Source: Paragordius varius
Lineage: Eukaryota > Animalia > Nematomorpha
Length of the DNA: 64,000 nt
Direction of reading: 5' to 3'
Assembly: GCA_964247055.1 (NCBI GenBank)
Contig: OZ176054.1
Location: forward strand, 10,478,001-10,542,000
Shown here: piece by piece, positions 29,501 through 44,500 of the stretch
How the letters are laid out: every line of letters begins with the position of its first letter
How positions within the stretch are numbered: the stretch's first letter is position 1
Notes under the pieces: model-generated
Told to the model about the DNA's origin: nothing
Databases searched by the model: none
What the model saw: only the letters and a program-made list of their open reading frames with translations
Made by a program: the position numbers and the translations under genes

Positions 29501-32500
29501 AAATAAGTAAACAAAAATCATATTTGAAATTGAATGGTCCAACACGTTCTCCAAAAAATTGACTTAACCCATTTTTCACACAGGGTGGGCCCAAACTGGG
29601 GACCTAATTCCAAAAAAGGGCGAAGCTATTGTCGGGGCATTCATTAATGATTAAATTTTTTCGATGTTTGGATTTGATTGGGTTCACCGGTTTTCCGGAA
29701 ACAGATCACAAAGTTATATGAAAAATCAGTTTTTAGCGGGTAGCTCCTTATCCGCCAGCTATCATCAAATAAACGGTAGACTAAAATTTTTGCCTTTTAA
29801 CAGGGAATACGTGGAATCCATATAGAATTTTTACGGTCTCATACCTAGGGCGAAAAATCGATTTAAAAAATTATTTTTGTGGACTTTGTTTTTTGAAAAA
29901 AATGGCATTTTACGGGGGGAGCGGGTAAAAAGAGGACCTAAATCAAAAAAGTGACTCGACTATGTTCGGCGCAATCTAAAATAAGTAAACAAAAATCATA
30001 TTTGAAATTGAATGGTCCAACACGTTCTCTAAAAATTGACTTAACCCATTTTTCACACGGGGTGGGCCCAAACTGGGGACCTAATTCCAAAAAAGGGCGA
30101 AGCTATTGTCGGGGCATTCATTAATGATTAAATTTTTTCGATGTTTGGATTTGATTGGGTTCACCGGTTTTCCGGAAACAGATCACAAATTATATGAGAA
30201 ATCAGTTTTTAACGGGAAGCTCCTTACCCGCCAGCTATCATCAAATAAACGGTAGACTAAAATTTTTGCCTTTTAACAGGGAATACGTGGAATCCATATA
30301 GAATTTTTACGTTCTCATACCTAGGGCGAAAAATCGATTTAAAAAATTATTTTTGTGGACTTTGTTTTTTTTGAAAAAAATGGCATTTTACGGGGGGAGC
30401 GGGTAAAAAGAGGGCCTAAATCAAAAAAGTGACTCGACTATGTTCGGCGCAATCTAAAATAAGTAAACAAAAATCATATTTGAAATTGAATGGTCCAACA
30501 CGTTCTCCAAAAAATTGACTTAACCCATTTTTCACACAGGGTGGGCCCAAACTGGGGACCTAATTCCAAAAAAGGGCGAAGCTATTGTCGGGGCATTCAT
30601 TAATGATTAAATTTTTTCGATGTTTGGATTTGATTGGGTTCACCGGTTTTCCGGAAACAGATCACAAAGTTATATGAAAAATCAGTTTTTAGCGGGTAGC
30701 TCCTTACCCGCCAGCTATCATCAAATAAACGGTAGACTAAAATTTTTGCCTTTTAACAGGGAATACGTGGAATCCATATAGAATTTTTACGGTCTCATAC
30801 CTAGGGCGAAAAATCGATTTAAAAAATTATTTTTGTGGACTTTGTTTTTTGAAAAAAATGGCATTTTACGGGGGGAGCGGGTAAAAAGAGGACCTAAATC
30901 AAAAAAGTGACTCGACTATGTTCGGCGCAATCTAAAATAAGTAAACAAAAATCATATTTGAAATTGAATGGTCCAACACGTTCTCCAAAAAATTGACTTA
31001 ACCCATTTTTCACACAGGGTGGGCCCAAACTGGGGACCTAATTCCAAAAAAGGGCGAAGCTATTGTCGGGGCATTCATTAATGATTAAATTTTTTCGATG
31101 TTTGGATTTGATTGGGTTCACCGGTTTTCCGGAAACAGATCACAAAGTTATATGAAAAATCAGTTTTTAGCGGGTAGCTCCTTACCCGCCAGCTATCATC
31201 AAATAAACGGTAGACTAAAATTTTTGCCTTTTAACAGGGAATACGTGGAATCCATATAGAATTTTTACGGTCTCATACCTAGGGCGAAAAATCGATTTAA
31301 AAAATTATTTTTGTGGACTTTGTTTTTTGAAAAAAATGGCATTTTACGGGGGGAGCGGGTAAAAAGAGGACCTAAATCAAAAAAGTGACTCGACTATGTT
31401 CGGCGCAATCTAAAATAAGTAAACAAAAATCATATTTGAAATTGAATGGTCCAACACGTTCTCCAAAAAATTGACTTAACCCATTTTTCACACAGGGTGG
31501 GCCCAAACTGGGGACCTAATTCCAAAAAAGGGCGAAGCTATTGTCGGGGCATTCATTAATGATTAAATTTTTTCGATGTTTGGATTTGATTGGGTTCACC
31601 GGTTTTCCGGAAACAGATCACAAAGTTATATGAAAAATCAGTTTTTAGCGGGTAGCTCCTTACCCGCCAGCTATCATCAAATAAACGGTAGACTAAAATT
31701 TTTGCCTTTTAACAGGGAATACGTGGAATCCATATAGAATTTTTACGGTCTCATACCTAGGGCGAAAAATCGATTTAAAAAATTATTTTTGTGGACTTTG
31801 TTTTTTGAAAAAAATGGCATTTTACGGGGGGAGCGGGTAAAAAGAGGACCTAAATCAAAAAAGTGACTCGACTATGTTCGGCGCAATCTAAAATAAGTAA
31901 ACAAAAATCATATTTGAAATTGAATGGTCCAACACGTTCTCTAAAAATTGACTTAACCCATTTTTCACACGGGGTGGGCCCAAACTGGGGACCTAATTCC
32001 AAAAAAGGGCGAAGCTATTGTCGGGGCATTCATTAATGATTAAATTTTTTCGATGTTTGGATTTGATTGGGTTCACCGGTTTTCCGGAAACAGATCACAA
32101 ATTATATGAGAAATCAGTTTTTAACGGGAAGCTCCTTACCCGCCAGCTATCATCAAATAAACGGTAGACTAAAATTTTTGCCTTTTAACAGGGAATACGT
32201 GGAATCCATATAGAATTTTTACGTTCTCATACCTAGGGCGAAAAATCGATTTAAAAAATTATTTTTGTGGACTTTGTTTTTTTTGAAAAAAATGGCATTT
32301 TACGGGGGGAGCGGGTAAAAAGAGGGCCTAAATCAAAAAAGTGACTCGACTATGTTCGGCGCAATCTAAAATAAGTAAACAAAAATCATATTTGAAATTG
32401 AATGGTCCAACACGTTCTCCAAAAAATTGACTTAACCCATTTTTCACACAGGGTGGGCCCAAACTGGGGACCTAATTCCAAAAAAGGGCGAAGCTATTGT

Positions 32501-35500
32501 CGGGGCATTCATTAATGATTAAATTTTTTCGATGTTTGGATTTGATTGGGTTCACCGGTTTTCCGGAAACAGATCACAAAGTTATATGAAAAATCAGTTT
32601 TTAGCGGGTAGCTCCTTACCCGCCAGCTATCATCAAATAAACGGTAGACTAAAATTTTTGCCTTTTAACAGGGAATACGTGGAATCCATATAGAATTTTT
32701 ACGGTCTCATACCTAGGGCGAAAAATCGATTTAAAAAATTATTTTTGTGGACTTTGTTTTTTGAAAAAAATGGCATTTTACGGGGGGAGCGGGTAAAAAG
32801 AGGACCTAAATCAAAAAAGTGACTCGACTATGTTCGGCGCAATCTAAAATAAGTAAACAAAAATCATATTTGAAATTGAATGGTCCAACACGTTCTCCAA
32901 AAAATTGACTTAACCCATTTTTCACACGGGGTGGGCCCAAACTGGGGACCTAATTCCAAAAAAGGGCGAAGCTATTGTCGGGGCATTCATTAATGATTAA
33001 ATTTTTTCGATGTTTGGATTTGATTGGGTTCACCGGTTTTCCGGAAACAGATCACAAATTATATGAAAAATCAGTTTTTAGCGGGTAGCTCCTTACCCGC
33101 CAGCTATCATCAAATAAACGGTAGACTAAAATTTTTGCCTTTTAACAGGGAATACGTGGAATCCATATAGAATTTTTACGGTCTCATACCTAGGGCGAAA
33201 AATCGATTTAAAAAATTATTTTTGTGGACTTTGTTTTTTGAAAAAAATGGCATTTTACGGGGGGAGCGGGTAAAAAGAGGACCTAAATCAAAAAAGTGAC
33301 TCGACTATGTTCGGCGCAATCTAAAATAAGTAAACAAAAATCATATTTGAAATTGAATGGTCCAACACGTTCTCCAAAAAATTGACTTAACCCATTTTTC
33401 ACACGGGGTGGGCCCAAACTGGGGACCTAATTCCAAAAAAGGGCGAAGCTATTGTCGGGGCATTCATTAATGATTAAATTTTTTCGATGTTTGGATTTGA
33501 TTGGGTTCACCGGTTTTCCGGAAACAGATCACAAAGTTTGAAAAATCAGTTTTTAGCGGGTAGCTCCTTACCCGCCAGCTATCATCAAATAAACGGTAGA
33601 CTAAAATTTTTGCCTTTTAACAGGGAATACGTGGAATCCATATAGAATTTTTACGGTCTCATACCTTGGGCGAAAAATCGATTTAAAAAATTATTTTTGT
33701 GGACTTTGTTTTTTGAAAAAAATGGCATTTTACGGGGGGAGCGGGTAAAAAGAGGACCTAAATCAAAAAAGTGACTCGACTATGTTCGGCGCAATCTAAA
33801 ATAAGTAAACAAAAATCATATTTGAAATTGAATGGTCCAACACGTTCTCCAAAAAATTGACTTAACCCATTTTTCACACAGGGTGGGCCCAAACTGGGGA
33901 CCTAATTCCAAAAAAGGGCGAAGCTATTGTCGGGGCATTCATTAATGATTAAATTTTTTCGATGTTTGGATTTGATTGGGTTCACCGGTTTTCCGGAAAC
34001 AGATCACAAAGTTATATGAAAAATCAGTTTTTAGCGGGTAGCTCCTTATCCGCCAGCTATCATCAAATAAACGGTAGACTAAAATTTTTGCCTTTTAACA
34101 GGGAATACGTGGAATCCATATAGAATTTTTACGGTCTCATACCTAGGGCGAAAAATCGATTTAAAAAATTATTTTTGTGGACTTTGTTTTTTGAAAAAAA
34201 TGGCATTTTACGGGGGGAGCGGGTAAAAAGAGGACCTAAATCAAAAAAGTGACTCGACTATGTTCGGCGCAATCTAAAATAAGTAAACAAAAATCATATT
34301 TGAAATTGAATGGTCCAACACGTTCTCTAAAAATTGACTTAACCCATTTTTCACACGGGGTGGGCCCAAACTGGGGACCTAATTCCAAAAAAGGGCGAAG
34401 CTATTGTCGGGGCATTCATTAATGATTAAATTTTTTCGATGTTTGGATTTGATTGGGTTCACCGGTTTTCCGGAAACAGATCACAAATTATATGAGAAAT
34501 CAGTTTTTAACGGGAAGCTCCTTACCCGCCAGCTATCATCAAATAAACGGTAGACTAAAATTTTTGCCTTTTAACAGGGAATACGTGGAATCCATATAGA
34601 ATTTTTACGTTCTCATACCTAGGGCGAAAAATCGATTTAAAAAATTATTTTTGTGGACTTTGTTTTTTGAAAAAAATGGCATTTTACGGGGGGAGCGGGT
34701 AAAAAGAGGACCTAAATCAAAAAAGTGACTCGACTATGTTCGGCGCAATCTAAAATAAGTAAACAAAAATCATATTTGAAATTGAATGGTCCAACACGTT
34801 CTCCAAAAAATTGACTTAACCCATTTTTCACACGGGGTGGGCCCAAACTGGGGACCTAATTCCAAAAAAGGGCGAAGCTATTGTCGGGGCATTCATTAAT
34901 GATTAAATTTTTTCGATGTTTGGATTTGATTGGGTTCACCGGTTTTCCGGAAACAGATCACAAAGTTATATGAAAAATCAGTTTTTAGCGGGTAGCTCCT
35001 TATCCGCCAGCTATCATCAAATAAACGGTAGACTAAAATTTTTGCCTTTTAACAGGGAATACGTGGAATCCATATAGAATTTTTACGGTCTCATACCTAG
35101 GGCGAAAAATCGATTTAAAAAATTATTTTTGTGGACTTTGTTTTTTGAAAAAAATGGCATTTTACGGGGGGAGCGGGTAAAAAGAGGACCTAAATCAAAA
35201 AAGTGACTCGACTATGTTCGGCGCAATCTAAAATAAGTAAACAAAAATCATATTTGAAATTGAATGGTCCAACACGTTCTCTAAAAATTGACTTAACCCA
35301 TTTTTCACACGGGGTGGGCCCAAACTGGGGACCTAATTCCAAAAAAGGGCGAAGCTATTGTCGGGGCATTCATTAATGATTAAATTTTTTCGATGTTTGG
35401 ATTTGATTGGGTTCACCGGTTTTCCGGAAACAGATCACAAATTATATGAGAAATCAGTTTTTAACGGGAAGCTCCTTACCCGCCAGCTATCATCAAATAA

Positions 35501-38500
35501 ACGGTAGACTAAAATTTTTGCCTTTTAACAGGGAATACGTGGAATCCATATAGAATTTTTACGTTCTCATACCTAGGGCGAAAAATCGATTTAAAAAATT
35601 ATTTTTGTGGACTTTGTTTTTTTTGAAAAAAATGGCATTTTACGGGGGGAGCGGGTAAAAAGAGGGCCTAAATCAAAAAAGTGACTCGACTATGTTCGGC
35701 GCAATCTAAAATAAGTAAACAAAAATCATATTTGAAATTGAATGGTCCAACACGTTCTCCAAAAAATTGACTTAACCCATTTTTCACACAGGGTGGGCCC
35801 AAACTGGGGACCTAATTCCAAAAAAGGGCGAAGCTATTGTCGGGGCATTCATTAATGATTAAATTTTTTCGATGTTTGGATTTGATTGGGTTCACCGGTT
35901 TTCCGGAAACAGATCACAAAGTTATATGAAAAATCAGTTTTTAGCGGGTAGCTCCTTACCCGCCAGCTATCATCAAATAAACGGTAGACTAAAATTTTTG
36001 CCTTTTAACAGGGAATACGTGGAATCCATATAGAATTTTTACGGTCTCATACCTAGGGCGAAAAATCGATTTAAAAAATTATTTTTGTGGACTTTGTTTT
36101 TTGAAAAAAATGGCATTTTACGGGGGGAGCGGGTAAAAAGAGGACCTAAATCAAAAAAGTGACTCGACTATGTTCGGCGCAATCTAAAATAAGTAAACAA
36201 AAATCATATTTGAAATTGAATGGTCCAACACGTTCTCCAAAAAATTGACTTAACCCATTTTTCACACGGGGTGGGCCCAAACTGGGGACCTAATTCCAAA
36301 AAAGGGCGAAGCTATTGTCGGGGCATTCATTAATGATTAAATTTTTTCGATGTTTGGATTTGATTGGGTTCACCGGTTTTCCGGAAACAGATCACAAATT
36401 ATATGAAAAATCAGTTTTTAGCGGGTAGCTCCTTACCCGCCAGCTATCATCAAATAAACGGTAGACTAAAATTTTTGCCTTTTAACAGGGAATACGTGGA
36501 ATCCATATAGAATTTTTACGGTCTCATACCTAGGGCGAAAAATCGATTTAAAAAATTATTTTTGTGGACTTTGTTTTTTGAAAAAAATGGCATTTTACGG
36601 GGGGAGCGGGTAAAAAGAGGACCTAAATCAAAAAAGTGACTCGACTATGTTCGGCGCAATCTAAAATAAGTAAACAAAAATCATATTTGAAATTGAATGG
36701 TCCAACACGTTCTCTAAAAATTGACTTAACCCATTTTTCACACGGGGTGGGCCCAAACTGGGGACCTAATTCCAAAAAAGGGCGAAGCTATTGTCGGGGC
36801 ATTCATTAATGATTAAATTTTTTCGATGTTTGGATTTGATTGGGTTCACCGGTTTTCCGGAAACAGATCACAAATTATATGAAAAATCAGTTTTTAGCGG
36901 GTAGCTCCTTACCCGCCAGCTATCATCAAATAAACGGTAGACTAAAATTTTTGCCTTTTAACAGGGAATACGTGGAATCCATATAGAATTTTTACGTTCT
37001 CATACCTAGGGCGAAAAATCGATTTAAAAAATTATTTTTGTGGACTTTGTTTTTTTTGAAAAAAATGGCATTTTACGGGGGGAGCGGGTAAAAAGAGGGC
37101 CTAAATCAAAAAAGTGACTCGACTATGTTCGGCGCAATCTAAAATAAGTAAACAAAAATCATATTTGAAATTGAATGGTCCAACACGTTCTCCAAAAAAT
37201 TGACTTAACCCATTTTTCACACAGGGTGGGCCCAAACTGGGGACCTAATTCCAAAAAAGGGCGAAGCTATTGTCGGGGCATTCATTAATGATTAAATTTT
37301 TTCGATGTTTGGATTTGATTGGGTTCACCGGTTTTCCGGAAACAGATCACAAAGTTATATGAAAAATCAGTTTTTAGCGGGTAGCTCCTTACCCGCCAGC
37401 TATCATCAAATAAACGGTAGACTAAAATTTTTGCCTTTTAACAGGGAATACGTGGAATCCATATAGAATTTTTACGGTCTCATACCTAGGGCGAAAAATC
37501 GATTTAAAAAATTATTTTTGTGGACTTTGTTTTTTGAAAAAAATGGCATTTTACGGGGGGAGCGGGTAAAAAGAGGACCTAAATCAAAAAAGTGACTCGA
37601 CTATGTTCGGCGCAATCTAAAATAAGTAAACAAAAATCATATTTGAAATTGAATGGTCCAACACGTTCTCCAAAAAAATTGACTTAACCCATTTTTCACA
37701 CGGGGTGGGCCCAAACTGGGGACCTAATTCCAAAAAAGGGCGAAGCTATTGTCGGGGCATTCATTAATGATTAAATTTTTTCGATGTTTGGATTTGATTG
37801 GGTTCACCGGTTTTCCGGAAACAGATCACAAATTATATGAAAAATCAGTTTTTAGCGGGTAGCTCCTTACCCGCCAGCTAACATCAAATAAACGGTAGAC
37901 TAAAATTTTTGCCTTTTAACAGGGAATACGTGGAATCCATATAGAATTTTTACGGTCTCATACCTAGGGCGAAAAATCGATTTAAAAAATTATTTTTGTG
38001 GACTTTGTTTTTTGAAAAAAATGGCATTTTACGGGGGGAGCGGGTAAAAAGAGGACCTAAATCAAAAAAGTGACTCGACTATGTTCGGCGCAATCTAAAA
38101 TAAGTAAACAAAAATCATATTTGAAATTGAATGGTCCAACACGTTCTCCAAAAAATTGACTTAACCCATTTTTCACACGGGGTGGGCCCAAACTGGGGAC
38201 CTAATTCCAAAAAAGGGCGAAGCTATTGTCGGGGCATTCATTAATGATTAAATTTTTTCGATGTTTGGATTTGATTGGGTTCACCGGTTTTCCGGAAACA
38301 GATCACAAATTATATGAAAAATCAGTTTTTAGCGGGTAGCTCCTTACCCGCCAGCTATCATCAAATAAACGGTAGACTAAAATTTTTGCCTTTTAACAGG
38401 GAATACGTGGAATCCATATAGAATTTTTACGGTCTCATACCTAGGGCGAAAAATCGATTTAAAAAATTATTTTTGTGGACTTTGTTTTTTTTGAAAAAAA

Positions 38501-41500
38501 TGGCATTTTATGGGGGGAGCGGGTAAAAAGAGGGCCTAAATCAAAAAAGTGACTCGACTATGTTCGGCGCAATCTAAAATAAGTAAACAAAAATCATATT
38601 TGAAATTGAATGGTCCAACACGTTCTCCAAAAAATTGACTTAACCCATTTTTCACACAGGGTGGGCCCAAACTGGGGACCTAATTCCAAAAAAGGGCGAA
38701 GCTATTGTCGGGGCATTCATTAATGATTAAATTTTTTCGATGTTTGGATTTGATTGGGTTCACCGGTTTTCCGGAAACAGATCACAAAGTTATATGAAAA
38801 ATCAGTTTTTAGCGGGTAGCTCCTTACCCGCCAGCTATCATCAAATAAACGGTAGACTAAAATTTTTGCCTTTTAACAGGGAATACGTGGAATCCATATA
38901 GAATTTTTACGGTCTCATACCTAGGGCGAAAAATCGATTTAAAAAATTATTTTTGTGGACTTTGTTTTTTGAAAAAAATGGCATTTTACGGGGGGAGCGG
39001 GTAAAAAGAGGACCTAAATCAAAAAAGTGACTCGACTATGTTCGGCGCAATCTAAAATAAGTAAACAAAAATCATATTTGAAATTGAATGGTCCAACACG
39101 TTCTCCAAAAAATTGACTTAACCCATTTTTCACACAGGGTGGGCCCAAACTGGGGACCTAATTCCAAAAAAGGGCGAAGCTATTGTCGGGGCATTCATTA
39201 ATGATTAAATTTTTTCGATGTTTGGATTTGATTGGGTTCACCGGTTTTCCGGAAACAGATCACAAAGTTATATGAAAAATCAGTTTTTAGCGGGTAGCTC
39301 CTTACCCGCCAGCTATCATCAAATAAACGGTAGACTAAAATTTTTGCCTTTTAACAGGGAATACGTGGAATCCATATAGAATTTTTACGGTCTCATACCT
39401 AGGGCGAAAAATCGATTTAAAAAATTATTTTTGTGGACTTTGTTTTTTGAAAAAAATGGCATTTTACGGGGGGAGCGGGTAAAAAGAGGACCTAAATCAA
39501 AAAAGTGACTCGACTATGTTCGGCGCAATCTAAAATAAGTAAACAAAAATCATATTTGAAATTGAATGGTCCAACACGTTCTCCAAAAAAATTGACTTAA
39601 CCCATTTTTCACACGGGGTGGGCCCAAACTGGGGACCTAATTCCAAAAAAGGGCGAAGCTATTGTCGGGGCATTCATTAATGATTAAATTTTTTCGATGT
39701 TTGGATTTGATTGGGTTCACCGGTTTTCCGGAAACAGATCACAAATTATATGAAAAATCAGTTTTTAGCGGGTAGCTCCTTACCCGCCAGCTAACATCAA
39801 ATAAACGGTAGACTAAAATTTTTGCCTTTTAACAGGGAATACGTGGAATCCATATAGAATTTTTACGGTCTCATACCTAGGGCGAAAAATCGATTTAAAA
39901 AATTATTTTTGTGGACTTTGTTTTTTGAAAAAAATGGCATTTTACGGGGGGAGCGGGTAAAAAGAGGACCTAAATCAAAAAAGTGACTCGACTATGTTCG
40001 GCGCAATCTAAAATAAGTAAACAAAAATCATATTTGAAATTGAATGGTCCAACACGTTCTCCAAAAAATTGACTTAACCCATTTTTCACACGGGGTGGGC
40101 CCAAACTGGGGACCTAATTCCAAAAAAGGGCGAAGCTATTGTCGGGGCATTCATTAATGATTAAATTTTTTCGATGTTTGGATTTGATTGGGTTCACCGG
40201 TTTTCCGGAAACAGATCACAAATTATATGAAAAATCAGTTTTTAGCGGGTAGCTCCTTACCCGCCAGCTATCATCAAATAAACGGTAGACTAAAATTTTT
40301 GCCTTTTAACAGGGAATACGTGGAATCCATATAGAATTTTTACGGTCTCATACCTAGGGCGAAAAATCGATTTAAAAAATTATTTTTGTGGACTTTGTTT
40401 TTTGAAAAAAATGGCATTTTACGGGGGGAGCGGGTAAAAAGAGGACCTAAATCAAAAAAGTGACTCGACTATGTTCGGCGCAATCTAAAATAAGTAAACA
40501 AAAATCATATTTGAAATTGAATGGTCCAACACGTTCTCCAAAAAAATTGACTTAACCCATTTTTCACACGGGGTGGGCCCAAACTGGGGACCTAATTCCA
40601 AAAAAGGGCGAAGCTATTGTCGGGGCATTCATTAATGATTAAATTTTTTCGATGTTTGGATTTGATTGGGTTCACCGGTTTTCCGGAAACAGATCACAAA
40701 TTATATGAAAAATCAGTTTTTAGCGGGTAGCTCCTTACCCGCCAGCTAACATCAAATAAACGGTAGACTAAAATTTTTGCCTTTTAACAGGGAATACGTG
40801 GAATCCATATAGAATTTTTACGGTCTCATACCTAGGGCGAAAAATCGATTTAAAAAATTATTTTTGTGGACTTTGTTTTTTGAAAAAAATGGCATTTTAC
40901 GGGGGGAGCGGGTAAAAAGAGGACCTAAATCAAAAAAGTGACTCGACTATGTTCGGCGCAATCTAAAATAAGTAAACAAAAATCATATTTGAAATTGAAT
41001 AGTCCAACACGTTCTCCAAAAAATTGACTTAACCCATTTTTCACACGGGGTGGGCCCAAACTGGGGACCTAATTCCAAAAAAGGGCGAAGCTATTGTCGG
41101 GGCATTCATTAATGATTAAATTTTTTCGATGTTTGGATTTGATTGGGTTCACCGGTTTTCCGGAAACAGATCACAAATTATATGAAAAATCAGTTTTTAG
41201 CGGGTAGCTCCTTACCCGCCAGCTATCATCAAATAAACGGTAGACTAAAATTTTTGCCTTTTAACAGGGAATACGTGGAATCCATATAGAATTTTTACGG
41301 TCTCATACCTAGGGCGAAAAATCGATTTAAAAAATTATTTTTGTGGACTTTGTTTTTTGAAAAAAATGGCATTTTACGGGGGGAGCGGGTAAAAAGAGGA
41401 CCTAAATCAAAAAAGTGACTCGACTATGTTCGGCGCAATCTAAAATAAGTAAACAAAAATCATATTTGAAATTGAATGGTCCAACACGTTCTCCAAAAAA

Positions 41501-44500
41501 ATTGACTTAACCCATTTTTCACACGGGGTGGGCCCAAACTGGGGACCTAATTCCAAAAAAGGGCGAAGCTATTGTCGGGGCATTCATTAATGATTAAATT
41601 TTTTCGATGTTTGGATTTGATTGGGTTCACCGGTTTTCCGGAAACAGATCACAAATTATATGAAAAATCAGTTTTTAGCGGGTAGCTCCTTACCCGCCAG
41701 CTAACATCAAATAAACGGTAGACTAAAATTTTTGCCTTTTAACAGGGAATACGTGGAATCCATATAGAATTTTTACGGTCTCATACCTAGGGCGAAAAAT
41801 CGATTTAAAAAATTATTTTTGTGGACTTTGTTTTTTGAAAAAAATGGCATTTTACGGGGGGAGCGGGTAAAAAGAGGACCTAAATCAAAAAAGTGACTCG
41901 ACTATGTTCGGCGCAATCTAAAATAAGTAAACAAAAATCATATTTGAAATTGAATGGTCCAACACGTTCTCCAAAAAATTGACTTAACCCATTTTTCACA
42001 CGGGGTGGGCCCAAACTGGGGACCTAATTCCAAAAAAGGGCGAAGCTATTGTCGGGGCATTCATTAATGATTAAATTTTTTCGATGTTTGGATTTGATTG
42101 GGTTCACCGGTTTTCCGGAAACAGATCACAAATTATATGAAAAATCAGTTTTTAGCGGGTAGCTCCTTACCCGCCAGCTATCATCAAATAAACGGTAGAC
42201 TAAAATTTTTGCCTTTTAACAGGGAATACGTGGAATCCATATAGAATTTTTACGGTCTCATACCTAGGGCGAAAAATCGATTTAAAAAATTATTTTTGTG
42301 GACTTTGTTTTTTGAAAAAAATGGCATTTTACGGGGGGAGCGGGTAAAAAGAGGACCTAAATCAAAAAAGTGACTCGACTATGTTCGGCGCAATCTAAAA
42401 TAAGTAAACAAAAATCATATTTGAAATTGAATGGTCCAACACGTTCTCCAAAAAAATTGACTTAACCCATTTTTCACACGGGGTGGGCCCAAACTGGGGA
42501 CCTAATTCCAAAAAAGGGCGAAGCTATTGTCGGGGCATTCATTAATGATTAAATTTTTTCGATGTTTGGATTTGATTGGGTTCACCGGTTTTCCGGAAAC
42601 AGATCACAAATTATATGAAAAATCAGTTTTTAGCGGGTAGCTCCTTACCCGCCAGCTAACATCAAATAAACGGTAGACTAAAATTTTTGCCTTTTAACAG
42701 GGAATACGTGGAATCCATATAGAATTTTTACGGTCTCATACCTAGGGCGAAAAATCGATTTAAAAAATTATTTTTGTGGACTTTGTTTTTTGAAAAAAAT
42801 GGCATTTTACGGGGGGAGCGGGTAAAAAGAGGGCCTAAATCAAAAAAGTGACTCGACTATGTTCGGCGCAATCTAAAATAAGTAAACAAAAATCATATTT
42901 GAAATTGAATGGTCCAACACGTTCTCCAAAAAATTGACTTAACCCATTTTTCACACGGGGTGGGCCCAAACTGGGGACCTAATTCCAAAAAAGGGCGAAG
43001 CTATTGTCGGGGCATTCATTAATGATTAAATTTTTTCGATGTTTGGATTTGATTGGGTTCACCGGTTTTCCGGAAACAGATCACAAATTATATGAAAAAT
43101 CAGTTTTTAGCGGGTAGCTCCTTACCCGCCAGCTATCATCAAATAAACGGTAGACTAAAATTTTTGCCTTTTAACAGGGAATACGTGGAATCCATATAGA
43201 ATTTTTACGGTCTCATACCTAGGGCGAAAAATCGATTTAAAAAATTATTTTTGTGGACTTTGTTTTTTGAGAAAGGTGGCATTTTACGGGGGGAGCGGGT
43301 AAAAAGAGGGCCTAAATCAAAAAAGTGACTCGACTATGTTCGGCGCAATCTAAAATAAGTAAACAAAAATCATATTTGAAATTGAATGGTCCAACACGTT
43401 CTCCAAAAAATTGACTTAACCCATTTTTCACACAGGGTGGGCCCAAACTGGGGATCTAATTCCAAAAAAGGGCGAAGCTATTGTCGGGGCATTCATTAAT
43501 GATTAAATTTTTTCGATGTTTGGATTTGATTGGGTTCACCGGTTTTCCGGAAACAGATCACAAAGTTATATGAAAAATCAGTTTTTAGCGGGTAGCTCCT
43601 TACCCGCCAGCTATCATCAAATAAACGGTAGACTAAAATTTTTGCCTTTTAACAGGGAATACGTGGAATCCATATAGAATTTTTACGGTCTCATACCTAG
43701 GGCGAAAAATCAATTTAAAAAATTATTTTTGTGGACTTTGTTTTTTGAAAAAATGGCATTTTACGGGGGGAGCGGGTAAAAAGAGGGCCTAAATCAAAAA
43801 AGTGACTCGACTATGTTCGGCGCAATCTAAAATAAGTAAACAAAAATCATATTTGAAATTGAATGGTCCAACACGTTCTCCAAAAAAATTGACTTAACCC
43901 ATTTTTCACACGGGGTGGGCCCAAACTGGGGACCTAATTCCAAAAAAGGGCGAAGCTATTGTCGGGGCATTCATTAATGATTAAATTTTTTCGATGTTTG
44001 GATTTGATTGGGTTCACCGGTTTTCCGGAAACAGATCACAAATTATATGAAAAATCAGTTTTTAGCGGGTAGCTCCTTACCCGCCAGCTAACATCAAATA
44101 AACGGTAGACTAAAATTTTTGCCTTTTAACAGGGAATACGTGGAATCCATATAGAATTTTTACGGTCTCATACCTAGGGCGAAAAATCGATTTAAAAAAT
44201 TATTTTTGTGGACTTTGTTTTTTGAAAAAAATGGCATTTTACGGGGGGAGCGGGTAAAAAGAGGGCCTAAATCAAAAAAGTGACTCGACTATGTTCGGCG
44301 CAATCTAAAATAAGTAAACAAAAATCATATTTGAAATTGAATGGTCCAACACGTTCTCCAAAAAATTGACTTAACCCATTTTTCACACGGGGTGGGCCCA
44401 AACTGGGGACCTAATTCCAAAAAAGGGCGAAGCTATTGTCGGGGCATTCATTAATGATTAAATTTTTTCGATGTTTGGATTTGATTGGGTTCACCGGTTT

